DNA of 64,000 nt. It comes from a bacterium. Its GTDB lineage: Bacteria; Patescibacteriota; Minisyncoccia; Phycocordibacterales; UBA6899. The notes beneath the pieces were generated by a model. That model was not told the DNA's origin and did not search any database. It saw nothing but the letters and a program-made list of their open reading frames with translations. The stretch covers positions 6,576 through 70,575 of the forward strand of contig JAYTWK010000015.1 in assembly GCA_043743715.1 (NCBI GenBank). Direction: 5' to 3'. Within the stretch, counting starts at the first letter, position 1; each line of letters starts with the position of its first letter. A program made the translations under genes and the position numbers. Shown piece after piece: positions 40,113 through 49,758 of the stretch.

Positions 40113-40913
40113 ATGGACGACACCGCAGTTTTAGACTCGCCCGAAGTATTGGGAGAAACAAAAGTAAATTATCACATCAAACACGAACAGTTTGAAGGGC
40201 CACTTGATCTTTTGCTCAATCTTATCGAAAAACGAAAGCTGTTCATCAGCGACTTTTCGCTCTCGAAAGTTGCCGACGACTACATCGAACATATTCGTCG
40301 TTTCGAAGAGTATCCAATGAACGACGTAGCGAATTTTCTTCTTGTCGCATCAACCCTGGTACTTATCAAATCAAAGACCATCCTTCCACAGCTCACACTC
40401 ACACACGAAGAAGAAGGAGATATCGATGACCTCAAGAAACGCCTCGCTATGTACGAACTCTTTCGCAATCTCGCAGGCGAGATAAAAAATGTCTACGGCA
40501 AAACCCTCATCTATGAGCGCAGCGGACGCCCGGAGCTTGTACCGGTATTTGCTCCTGATGCAAGGACAAGCATTGCGGGAGCGCACGAAGGAGTACTGCG
40601 CGTAATAGCCGCACTTCCGAAGAAAATTTCTCTACCGAAAGCTGTAGTGAAGAAAGTCATTTCACTCGAAGAGATGATGACCCGACTTGCGACACGTGTG
40701 ACGGCTGCACTTAAGACCAGCTTCTCGCAATTCTCTCGCTATACGAAAGGTAAACAGCTACAGAAGGAAGAGAAGGTCGAGGTGATCATCTCATTCCTCG
40801 CGATGCTCGAGCTGGTGAAGCAGGGGATTGTGCATGTCACGCAGCACGAGGACTATGGCGATATCGATATCGAAACTCATCAGTTCGGAATACCGAATTA
40901 TGGCAGTACGTAG
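40113..40913 (+). CDS. scpA: Segregation and condensation protein A (kleisin ScpA)
   Basis: FEGPLDLLLNLIEKRKLFISDFSLSKVADDYIEHI. Confidence 0.8.
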   Translation: MDDTAVLDSPEVLGETKVNYHIKHEQFEGPLDLLLNLIEKRKLFISDFSLSKVADDYIEHIRRFEEYPMNDVANFLLVASTLVLIKSKTILPQLTLTHEEEGDIDDLKKRLAMYELFRNLAGEIKNVYGKTLIYERSGRPELVPVFAPDARTSIAGAHEGVLRVIAALPKKISLPKAVVKKVISLEEMMTRLATRVTAALKTSFSQFSRYTKGKQLQKEEKVEVIISFLAMLELVKQGIVHVTQHEDYGDIDIETHQFGIPNYGST

Positions 40914-40995
40914 ATCATAGTACGTAGTTCGTAGTCTACGTATTGCATCTCACTATAGTCTACGGTCTACGTACTACGAACTAACACGCGTACTT
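40905..40995 (+). repeat. Cluster of short direct and inverted repeats of TACGTAG/GTCTACG units between scpA and scpB
   Basis: agtacgtag occurs twice, (g/a)tagtctacg twice, and gtagttcgtag with its reverse complement ctacgaacta(a)c. It overlaps the scpA stop codon. Confidence 0.6.
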
Positions 40996-41055
40996 CAACA
41001 AACGACTGATTTACGCTAGACTCTAAAAGACAGAATTAAGCCCCAAATCATAACC

Positions 41056-41802
41056 ATGGAATTAGCAAATCTCATCGAAGCCATACTGTTCTACCAAGCC
41101 GAACCGCTTTCCGCGAAACGACTTGCCACGCTTACCAAGAAAAGTGAGGGGGAAGTTTGTGATGCGCTCAAGATACTTGAAGAGAAGCTTTTGAATACCG
41201 GACTGCGACTACTGACAAACGGTGATGAGGTTGCACTCGGCACTTCACCCCTCGCAGGAGCTACTATTGAAGCAATTACCAAAGAAGAGCTTTCGAAGGA
41301 GCTTTCCAAAGCCTCGCTCGAAACGCTTGCTATCGTGCTCTATAAAGGACCCCTCACGCGCGCCGAAATAGACTACGTGAGAGGCGTGAACTCAACATTC
41401 ATTCTGAGAAATCTCCTCATTCGCGGACTGGTCGAGAAGATAGATAATCCGGGAGACCAGCGAAGCTTCCTGTACAAGCCGACATTTGCACTCCTTGAGC
41501 ACATGGGCATAACACGAATAGAAGACCTGCCCGGTTACAGCCAGACTCAATCTGCGCTTCTGGAATTCCTTGCCACACATGCAGAAGAAACAAAAGCTGA
41601 TGATGTATCGACTGAGAGTGAGGAGGCAAGCGCGCTACCCGAGACAGAGCCCGATGCTCCGGATGAAACAAGTGAATCAGGTGACGCTATGGACCCTATG
41701 AACGAGGTCATAGCGGATATCACTGAAGAAGATGAGGCGGGAGGGAATTTCGATGACCAAGCGCTCCAGGATCACCGCAAGACTGACGAAATGAGTGTCT
41801 AA
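41056..41802 (+). CDS. scpB: Segregation and condensation protein B (ScpB) with an acidic C-terminal tail
   Basis: Tandem winged-helix ScpB pattern (LIEAILFYQAEPLS...LETLAIVLYKGPLTRAEIDYVRGV). Confidence 0.8.
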   Translation: MELANLIEAILFYQAEPLSAKRLATLTKKSEGEVCDALKILEEKLLNTGLRLLTNGDEVALGTSPLAGATIEAITKEELSKELSKASLETLAIVLYKGPLTRAEIDYVRGVNSTFILRNLLIRGLVEKIDNPGDQRSFLYKPTFALLEHMGITRIEDLPGYSQTQSALLEFLATHAEETKADDVSTESEEASALPETEPDAPDETSESGDAMDPMNEVIADITEEDEAGGNFDDQALQDHRKTDEMSV

Positions 41803-41807
41803 ACATT

Positions 41808-42848
41808 ATGTCGAGAATCCAATTACAATTTCTTTTAGTGGTGATGATACTGGGGTTCCTTACCGGACCCCGTGTGTTAACCGCACTTGAAAAAATCGTT
41901 CCAAATAACGGACTCTCAAATACCGAACAAGCATCAGGGATTGTCGCACTAGGAGGGCAGCCTATATCCGGCAGTGGCAGAGCGAGCGATGACCCGTATG
42001 AACGCCTCCATCTCGATGCGCGCAGCGTTTACGTATGGGACAGTCAGACCGGCAAAAAATTGTACGGCAAGAACGAACACGAAGTGCTGCCACTCGCGTC
42101 GGTGACCAAGATGATGATGGCACTTGTGGCGGTCGAACTCTTGCCGCAGAGTACCGAAGTGAGCATCGCACCGATTGACCTCCTCGAAGAAGGCGACACA
42201 GGCCTGTTGGTAGGTGAGAAGTGGGCGCTCTCGGACCTCCTTAAATTCACACTGGTCGCATCATCAAACGATGGCGCAAGCGCAATAGCAAGTGTGGGAG
42301 GAGCATCGCTCATGCGTGAAGCATCATCGACCGATCCGTTCACAAACAAGAGATTGTTCATTAAGCGCATGAATGAGAAAGCCGACTCTATTGGATTATT
42401 GAACACCAGGTTCGCGAACGAAAGCGGCCTCGATATCGACAGTGTGACCGCTGGTGCATATGGCTCGGCGCGCGACATGGCGAGACTATTTGAGTATATT
42501 GCCCGTAAGTATCCTGAACTCTTCGCTGCGACTACTTACTCGAAGATAGACGTGCGCTCCGACTCAAATGTCATCCACCATGTCGCAAACACAAACGCAG
42601 GCGTCGAAGAGGTGACCGGACTCATAGGCTCGAAGACCGGCTACACCGATCTCGCGGGCGGCAATCTTGTCGTGGTGGTCGATATTGGTGTGAGTCATCC
42701 TGTGGTCATCGCAGTACTCGGCTCAACTAAGGGCGGCCGCTTCACTGATGTGAACAAGCTCGTCAATGCGACGGTCGAGAAGATTACCGGCGGCTACGGC
42801 ACAGCGAGCACCACACCAACAACTGCCACTAGCAGTACTGCTGGGTAA
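41808..42848 (+). CDS. Serine-type D-Ala-D-Ala carboxypeptidase (low-MW PBP, DacA-like) with a Thr-rich C-terminus
   Basis: SxxK motif ASVTKMMMALVAV. SxN (SSND) and KTG (KTGYT) motifs. Confidence 0.8.
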   Translation: MSRIQLQFLLVVMILGFLTGPRVLTALEKIVPNNGLSNTEQASGIVALGGQPISGSGRASDDPYERLHLDARSVYVWDSQTGKKLYGKNEHEVLPLASVTKMMMALVAVELLPQSTEVSIAPIDLLEEGDTGLLVGEKWALSDLLKFTLVASSNDGASAIASVGGASLMREASSTDPFTNKRLFIKRMNEKADSIGLLNTRFANESGLDIDSVTAGAYGSARDMARLFEYIARKYPELFAATTYSKIDVRSDSNVIHHVANTNAGVEEVTGLIGSKTGYTDLAGGNLVVVVDIGVSHPVVIAVLGSTKGGRFTDVNKLVNATVEKITGGYGTASTTPTTATSSTAG

Positions 42849-42926
42849 GTATTACAATAAATGTAGGGTCGTGCGGTGATTTTGCATTCACTACCTACTA
42901 CTTACTACCTACTAACTACTAACCTC

Positions 42927-43982
42927 ATGATCACCGATGTACTCAAGATACTCATCCCGTCAGCGGTGGCATTCTTCATCGGCATCCTCATCACTCCGAC
43001 CGTTACAGACTTTCTCTACAAACATAAGATGTGGAAGAAATCGAGTGTGAAGCTGGCGATGGATGGACAAGCGGCAACTATTTCCTCGAAACTGCATAAC
43101 GATGAAGAGCGCAAGACCCCGCGCATGGGCGGCATCATCGTCTGGGGGAGTATCGCTCTTACGACAACGCTCTTTTGGGTGATAGCGCATCTGTTTCCGA
43201 CCACTGAAACAGCAAAACTGAATTTCTTTTCGCGCAATCAGACATGGCTACCGTTTTTCATACTTCTCGCAGGAGCCACATGCGGACTCATCGACGACTA
43301 TCTCGTCTGCAACGACAAGGGCACATACAAAGGCGGAGGCCTTTCGCTCAAGACACGCATACTATTTGTCTCTCTCCTTGGTGCGCTCGGTGCATGGTGG
43401 TTCTACGGGAAACTCGGTGTTGACTACGTGCACATACCGTTCTGGGGTGATCTGCATCTTAGACTCCTCTTTATTCCCGTGTTCATCGTCTTTGTCATCG
43501 GCATCTACTCGGGCGGTATTATCGACGGCGTCGACGGACTTTCAGGCGGCGTATTCGCGATCATTTATGCCGCATACGCGGTCATCGCATTCGCCGGCGG
43601 ACAGATCGATCTTGCGGCGTACTCGGCGGTAGTCGTCGGCGGACTCTTGGCGTTCTTGTGGTTCAACATTCCGCCTGCGCGCTTCTTTAATTCCGAGACC
43701 GGTACCATGGCGCTCACCACCTCACTCGTCATTGTCGCATTCCTTACCAAGGCTGTGGTGCCGCTTCTTATCATCGGATTTCTTCTCATTGCGACCAGCG
43801 CATCGAGCATCATCCAGATACTCTCGAAGAAATATCGAGGAGGGAAGAAAGTCTTTATTGTCGCCCCCTTACACAATCACTTCCAAGCGCTCGGCTGGCC
43901 AAGCTATAAAGTGACTATGCGCTACTGGGTCATCGGCATGATGTTTGCGGTAATTGGCGTCATCGTCGCACTAATCGGGTAA
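42927..43982 (+). CDS. mraY: Phospho-N-acetylmuramoyl-pentapeptide transferase MraY (the tracked start at 42876 would translate the upstream TACTAC repeat)
   Basis: MraY motifs (..MGGIIVWGS.., GIIDGVDGLSGG, ..LIIGFLLI..). Confidence 0.85.
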   Translation: MITDVLKILIPSAVAFFIGILITPTVTDFLYKHKMWKKSSVKLAMDGQAATISSKLHNDEERKTPRMGGIIVWGSIALTTTLFWVIAHLFPTTETAKLNFFSRNQTWLPFFILLAGATCGLIDDYLVCNDKGTYKGGGLSLKTRILFVSLLGALGAWWFYGKLGVDYVHIPFWGDLHLRLLFIPVFIVFVIGIYSGGIIDGVDGLSGGVFAIIYAAYAVIAFAGGQIDLAAYSAVVVGGLLAFLWFNIPPARFFNSETGTMALTTSLVIVAFLTKAVVPLLIIGFLLIATSASSIIQILSKKYRGGKKVFIVAPLHNHFQALGWPSYKVTMRYWVIGMMFAVIGVIVALIG

Positions 43983-44232
43983 CGAGTAATTTTAGCGATC
44001 TGCTTCGTCGCGCGCGCCGAAAACCCCTCCAAAATATATGAATACTCCTCAGGGGTATTCCGACTTCGCTTCTCGCATCTCATCTAAAATAACTTGTTAC
44101 CACCCGGTACAACCCAAAAAGTACTGCTTCGGCATCGCCTCAAATTTGCCTCAAAGCTAGCGCGCTTGCATTCGTCTGAACATTGGGCTCAGGAGCTTCC
44201 ATAAATCAGAAAGTTCGCTATAGTGAATCAAC

Positions 44233-47200
44233 ATGAAGCCCGAAGGAGCGATTGATATATACCTGCAAAAAGTGGCTTCCGGGCTTGCAACGGGTCATGC
44301 GCGTGAACATGCGCATCGACCCGCATTTCAGGAGCTCATCCAATCATTCGAGAAAGAACTCCAGATCGTGAACGACCCAAAACGCAGTGAGTATGGAGCT
44401 CCAGATTTTATTTTTCTGCGTAAGGACCTTACGGTCGGATATGCCGAGACAAAGGATGTCGGCGTGAGTTTGGACAAGACCGAAAAATCTGAGCAGATGG
44501 CTCGTTATCTAGGATACTCAAATCTTATCCTGTCGGACTATCTCGAATTTCGCTTCTTCCGCAATGGCGAACGCTATGCAGAACCAATCATGATTGCGGA
44601 AATGAAGAACGGCACTCTGCTCATGAAGCCCGAGAACTTCAGACTCCTCTCGGATACGATCGCGGACTTCCTCAAGGCAGCGCCAGAGAACATACGCAGC
44701 GGTACTCGCCTCGCGAAGATCATGGGCGGCAAGGCAAGGCGCATCAGGGAGAACGTCGCAAAGTTCATCGAGGATGAATCAGAACGAGGGAGCGAACTAC
44801 GCGCGATCTACGCGATTATCAAGAAGCTTCTCGTTCACGATCTTTCCGCCGAGGCATTCGCAGATATGTACGCACAGACCCTCGTCTATGGGCTTTTCGT
44901 AGCCCGCTATCACGACGAAACACCCGAGAACTTCACAAGGCAGGAAGCGCGCGACCTCGTACCTCCGTCCAATCCTTTTCTTCAGCATTTCTTCGACCAC
45001 ATTGTCGGTCCAAATTTCGACAAGCGTCTCTCGTATATCGTCGACGAGCTTTGTGCGGTCTTCTCAGTCGCAGATGTAAAGAAATTGATGGGAGACTATT
45101 TCAAGCTCGGTGAGAAGGAGAAAGACGCACCCGACCCTGTCATCCATTTCTATGAAGATTTCCTTAAAGAATATGATCCCGCACAGCGACTCAAACTCGG
45201 TGCATTCTACACACCGCTTCCGGTCGTGCGCTTCATCGTCCGCGCGATTGACGACATCCTCATCCGCGACTTCGGGCTCACAGAAGGTCTCGCCGATACC
45301 TCGAAGATCGAGCGCGACGTCGTCATGCAGGGGAGGAAGGGGAAAGAGTCGCTTCATCGCGTGCAGTTCCTTGACCCTGCGGTCGGGACGGGCACATTCT
45401 TGAATGAAGTAGTAAAGGAGATCGCGGAAAAGTTTAAAGGGCAAGAGGGAAGATGGAAGAGCTACGTCGATGCTGAGCTTTTGCCACGCCTCCACGGCTT
45501 CGAGCTGATGATGGCACCGTACACCATCGCACACCTCAAGCTCGCAATGACGCTGCGTGACAGCGGCTATGAAAAGTTCAGTAGGCGACTTGGTATCTAC
45601 CTCACCAATTCGCTTGAAGAAGCGCACGAGGATGACAATTCGCTCTTTGGCCCAGGCGTGACGGGCTCAATAGCACAAGAAGCACTCGACGCATCGGACA
45701 TCAAGAACAACAAGCCAATCATGGTGGTCATGGGGAATCCGCCTTACAGTGGCGTCTCTTCAAATAATGGTGAATTTGCGCAAAATCTTGTAGCGAGATA
45801 CAAAGTCGAACCAGGTGGTCTCAATAAACTCAAAGAACGTAATTCGAAATGGATTAATGATGATTATGTAAAATTTATCGCATTTGCTGAGAGCATGATT
45901 GAAAAGAATGGTGACGGTATTCTTGGCTTCATTACGAATAATGGCTATATCGACAATCCCACATTTCGAGGAATGCGGTGGCATCTCGCAAAGACTTTTG
46001 ACAAAATTTATATAGTCGACCTTCATGGAAATGCAAAGAAAAAAGAAACAGATGCCAGTGGAGGAAAGGATGAGAATGTATTTGACATTCAACAGGGCGT
46101 TGGCATCTTGCTTGCAGTAAAAACAGGGCAGAAGAAAAAAGGTGAACTCGCTCAAGTTTTTCACGAAGAACTTCTCGGTATGCGTAGTAGAAAATTTGAC
46201 ACGCTGAGCAATCATGCAGTTTCATGGAGAGAGGTTGTACTCGATGCAACAACGATGGCTTTTTTGCCAGAAGAAAATCCAGAACTCAAAACAAACTACA
46301 AAAAGTTTATTTCTGTGCGTGAATTATTTCACGAGAACGTACTGGGATTTCAAACACATAGAGACGAATTTGCGATATGCGATAGTCGCGAGGAGGTTGT
46401 TCGACGTTTGGATGTACTTTTATCTGATGTGGATGATAAATTTATCTCAGAGAAGCATAAAGTAAACAACAATAGGGACTGGAACTTAAAAGAAGCGCGC
46501 ATACGATTGCGTACGCAATCTGAAAAAGAACGTAGTAATTTAAATTCGACTTGTTCCTACCGACCTTTTGATACAAAGTGGACCTATTTAGATGAAGTTT
46601 TTTCAGATTATCCTCGAACCACTTTTAAGAAACATTTATTAAATCGAGAAAACTACGTACTTGGCATTGGTCGTCAAGGATTGGCGGTTGGTGGGATTGA
46701 ATGGTGTCTCGTTTTTGTTTCTAAAGATGCAATTGATGCGAACATGTTTCGTCGCGGTGGCATAAACGCATTTCCCCTCTATCTTTACGCCGACGATGGC
46801 TCAAAAGTCTCGAATCTTGATACAAAAATAGTTGAGAAGATTACAAAGAGATTTAAAGAGAATGTTCTTCCTGAAGATATCCTTGATTATGTTTACGCGG
46901 TGCTTCACTCGCCGAGCTATCGTGAAAGGTATAAAGAGTTCCTCAAGATCGATTTTCCGCGTGTGCCGTATCCGAAGGACGAAGCAACGTTCTGGAAACT
47001 CGTTGATAGGGGACGCGAGCTGCGCAAGCTCCACCTCATGGAGTCTCCCATACTCGCGAAGCTCATCACCACATTTCCCGAAGCAGGGGAGAACGTGGTC
47101 GAGAAAATATCATACTCGAACGGAAAAGTATTCATTAACAAAACCCAATATTTCGGCAGCGTCCCCGAGGTAGCATGGAGCTTCTATATCGGCGGCTACC

Positions 47201-47340
47201 AGCCCGCACAGAAGTGGCTCAAGGATCGGAAGGGAAGAGCGCTCACAAACGACGACCTCGTACACTATCAGAAGATCATTGTGGTACTCGTCGAGACTGA
47301 CCGGATCATGAAGGAAATAGGCGGAATCGATTTTCTTTGA
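44233..47340 (+). CDS. Type IIG/IIL restriction-modification enzyme (MmeI/Eco57I-like): N-terminal PD-ExK nuclease, gamma-class N6-adenine MTase and C-terminal TRD
   Basis: N-terminal ..PDFIFLRKDLTVGYAETKD.. (D...ExK). NPPY motif in VMGNPPYSG. FxGxG-like AdoMet region (LDPAVGTGTF). 1035 aa single polypeptide. Confidence 0.75.
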   Translation: MKPEGAIDIYLQKVASGLATGHAREHAHRPAFQELIQSFEKELQIVNDPKRSEYGAPDFIFLRKDLTVGYAETKDVGVSLDKTEKSEQMARYLGYSNLILSDYLEFRFFRNGERYAEPIMIAEMKNGTLLMKPENFRLLSDTIADFLKAAPENIRSGTRLAKIMGGKARRIRENVAKFIEDESERGSELRAIYAIIKKLLVHDLSAEAFADMYAQTLVYGLFVARYHDETPENFTRQEARDLVPPSNPFLQHFFDHIVGPNFDKRLSYIVDELCAVFSVADVKKLMGDYFKLGEKEKDAPDPVIHFYEDFLKEYDPAQRLKLGAFYTPLPVVRFIVRAIDDILIRDFGLTEGLADTSKIERDVVMQGRKGKESLHRVQFLDPAVGTGTFLNEVVKEIAEKFKGQEGRWKSYVDAELLPRLHGFELMMAPYTIAHLKLAMTLRDSGYEKFSRRLGIYLTNSLEEAHEDDNSLFGPGVTGSIAQEALDASDIKNNKPIMVVMGNPPYSGVSSNNGEFAQNLVARYKVEPGGLNKLKERNSKWINDDYVKFIAFAESMIEKNGDGILGFITNNGYIDNPTFRGMRWHLAKTFDKIYIVDLHGNAKKKETDASGGKDENVFDIQQGVGILLAVKTGQKKKGELAQVFHEELLGMRSRKFDTLSNHAVSWREVVLDATTMAFLPEENPELKTNYKKFISVRELFHENVLGFQTHRDEFAICDSREEVVRRLDVLLSDVDDKFISEKHKVNNNRDWNLKEARIRLRTQSEKERSNLNSTCSYRPFDTKWTYLDEVFSDYPRTTFKKHLLNRENYVLGIGRQGLAVGGIEWCLVFVSKDAIDANMFRRGGINAFPLYLYADDGSKVSNLDTKIVEKITKRFKENVLPEDILDYVYAVLHSPSYRERYKEFLKIDFPRVPYPKDEATFWKLVDRGRELRKLHLMESPILAKLITTFPEAGENVVEKISYSNGKVFINKTQYFGSVPEVAWSFYIGGYQPAQKWLKDRKGRALTNDDLVHYQKIIVVLVETDRIMKEIGGIDFL

Positions 47341-47356
47341 TCGCGTGATATACTGA

Positions 47357-48382
47357 GTGGAATCAATGAAATTTACTCGGACAAAAAAACTAGCATTTGT
47401 CAATAATAAGGGTGGGGTTGGAAAAACAACACTTGCTTTTAATTGTGCTGTTTCTTTTGCTAAAGAGGGATATAAAACAGTGCTCATCGATCTCGATCCG
47501 CAATGCAATCTTTCACGGCTCGCAATGGGCGAGAGCTATTATATCGACCATTTATTTTCTCCGCTTGAAAAAACTATTTACGATGTACTGCGCGGGGTGA
47601 TCGAGGGAGGGAGCGACATTGATCTCAGCACAGCTTTTTTGCCGGTACAAGCGCATACAAACCTCTCACTCCTCAAGGGTGACATTAATCTGTCGATGTA
47701 CGAGAGTTTACTTGCGACTGCGTATGGATCAGCGGCTGCGGGTCAACCCCTTGGATACTTTCAGACCAGTGCCATCGATAGGTTTTTGCGTGAAAAGGGA
47801 CTGAAAGAGGAAGTGGACATTTTCATCATCGACACTTCTCCGAGTTTAGGCATTCTCAATCAAACCATACTTCTCGGGACAGACTACTTCGTAGTACCAA
47901 TGATGCCCGATGCGTTTAGTGTGCAAGGTATAGAAAATCTGGGGACTATCTATGAAAGATGGAAGAATCAGTGGCGGGTTACCGCAAAAGCACTTTCTGG
48001 GAATACTGAAACAAAAAATGTACTCCCCGGTGATCCATTGTTTATTGGTTATATCGTCAACTCATACAATGTGTACGGCAAACAGCCGATCGCGGATCAC
48101 CGCTCATGGATGAAAAAAATCCCTGATCACGTGCGGAGATATTTATCAGAAAAGCATTGCCGAAATGGGCTCGTAGAAAAAAGTTGGAAGGAGCCACTGC
48201 AGATAGTCCAAGACTACGGTAGGATACCTGCAAAATGCCAAGAATTGGGCGTCGCGGTATTTGAACTCGACCCAACACTCGTTGAAGATCATCATCAGGG
48301 GACAAAAGATAACATCGACAAATCAAAAGAGGAATTCAAAAATCTTTCCGACCGCATCTTGCAGATCCTTGCCGCTTATTGA
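47357..48382 (+). CDS. ParA/MinD-family P-loop ATPase with a roughly 90-aa C-terminal extension
   Basis: Deviant Walker A KGGVGKTT, and DLDPQCNLS. Immediately downstream of and co-directional with the RM enzyme. Confidence 0.7.
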   Translation: MESMKFTRTKKLAFVNNKGGVGKTTLAFNCAVSFAKEGYKTVLIDLDPQCNLSRLAMGESYYIDHLFSPLEKTIYDVLRGVIEGGSDIDLSTAFLPVQAHTNLSLLKGDINLSMYESLLATAYGSAAAGQPLGYFQTSAIDRFLREKGLKEEVDIFIIDTSPSLGILNQTILLGTDYFVVPMMPDAFSVQGIENLGTIYERWKNQWRVTAKALSGNTETKNVLPGDPLFIGYIVNSYNVYGKQPIADHRSWMKKIPDHVRRYLSEKHCRNGLVEKSWKEPLQIVQDYGRIPAKCQELGVAVFELDPTLVEDHHQGTKDNIDKSKEEFKNLSDRILQILAAY

Positions 48383-48428
48383 TACTGCATAGGTCGAGAA
48401 ATCCAGCATAAAAGCCTATCACACGCTA

Positions 48429-49568
48429 TTGGGGACAGCGAAAGCTCGATTCTGGGCTATAATACAGACCATGCACAGTCGCGGCGGAGTCGACAGAGTT
48501 TTCTTGGCTATCATCGTTACTCTTATCTCTCTAGGAGTATTGGTGTTTATTTCCGCATCACTCGGCACGCTCTCAAGTAATACCTCGAAATTCACCAACC
48601 TCCTCATCAGCCAGCTCGGCTTCGGGCTTGTGCTTGGAAGCATAGCGATGTACGGTGCATCGCGTCTCAAATATCAGTTCTGGCGCAAGCACGCGTTCTG
48701 GATTTTCCTTATCTCAATTATTCTCTCGGTGCTAGTATTCATTCCTGGAATCGGCATGGAGCACGGGGGAGCACGGCGCTGGATAGACCTGCGAATCACT
48801 ACACTCCAGCCCGGAGAGTTCCTTAAGTTCGGAGTCATCGTCTATCTCGCCGCATGGTTCACCTTTATCAAGAAGCGAATTCACTCGCCGCTGTTTGGTA
48901 TCTATCCACTCATGGGCATGCTCGGTATCGCAGGAGGACTCCTCCTGGCGCAACCTGATACCGGAACTTTCCTCATCGCGGTCGCAGCCGGAGCGGCAAT
49001 GTATATTGCAGCCGGAGCACGCTGGCGCGATATATTTATATTATTTCTACTCGGAATAGTCGTCGTCGGCGCTGTCGCGGTATGGAAACCGTATGTGCGG
49101 GCGCGCATTGTCACACTCATCCATCACAGCGACTTTCAAGGATCGGGCTACCAGCTCAAGCAGTCACTTATCGCCATTGGTAACGGCGGAGTATTCGGAA
49201 AGGGGTTAGGGCAGAGCGTACAAAAATTTAATTATCTTCCGGAAGCACAGGGAGATTCTATCTTCGCAGTCTTAGGCGAAGAATTCGGCTTCGTCGGCTG
49301 CACGGTCATCGTCATGCTCTACGTGCTTTTTGCCCTACGTGGCCTATGGATAGCATCGAAAGCGCCCGATAAGTTCGGTGGACTACTCGCAGTAGGGCTT
49401 GTTATACTTATCACGGCACAGTCATTCATCAATATCGCCTCAATGCTTGCTATCGCCCCACTTACGGGCGTGCCACTCATCTTCATTAGTCAGGGTGGGA
49501 CCGCGTTATTACTTGCTATGGCTGAGGTAGGCATTTTACTTAATATATCCAGGTTTAGAAACACTTAA
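48429..49568 (+). CDS. ftsW: SEDS-family peptidoglycan glycosyltransferase FtsW/RodA (possible start at 48471)
   Basis: 10-TM SEDS topology. Sits in an ftsW-murG context. Confidence 0.8.
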   Translation: MGTAKARFWAIIQTMHSRGGVDRVFLAIIVTLISLGVLVFISASLGTLSSNTSKFTNLLISQLGFGLVLGSIAMYGASRLKYQFWRKHAFWIFLISIILSVLVFIPGIGMEHGGARRWIDLRITTLQPGEFLKFGVIVYLAAWFTFIKKRIHSPLFGIYPLMGMLGIAGGLLLAQPDTGTFLIAVAAGAAMYIAAGARWRDIFILFLLGIVVVGAVAVWKPYVRARIVTLIHHSDFQGSGYQLKQSLIAIGNGGVFGKGLGQSVQKFNYLPEAQGDSIFAVLGEEFGFVGCTVIVMLYVLFALRGLWIASKAPDKFGGLLAVGLVILITAQSFINIASMLAIAPLTGVPLIFISQGGTALLLAMAEVGILLNISRFRNT

Positions 49569-49758
49569 ACCACAACATGAACTTTGACCACACACATTAC
49601 CAGACTCACACGCGCAATGATGGAATTTTGGATGCAATGCGGCTTTGTTTTTCGAAGAATGTCGCAGGGGCTGTAGTCGGCTACTGTCACGCGACTTCGC
49701 AGGAAAACAAAGATGCAGTGCGCCGAAATTACGCATTGCGCAGCTAAACAATTACCAC

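Noticed and set aside
42876-42926. N-terminal extension of mraY (MILHSLPTTYYLLTTNL)
   Set aside because: It is a translation of the TACTAC tandem tract, which also occurs upstream of rpsM. The MraY homology starts at the ATG at 42927.
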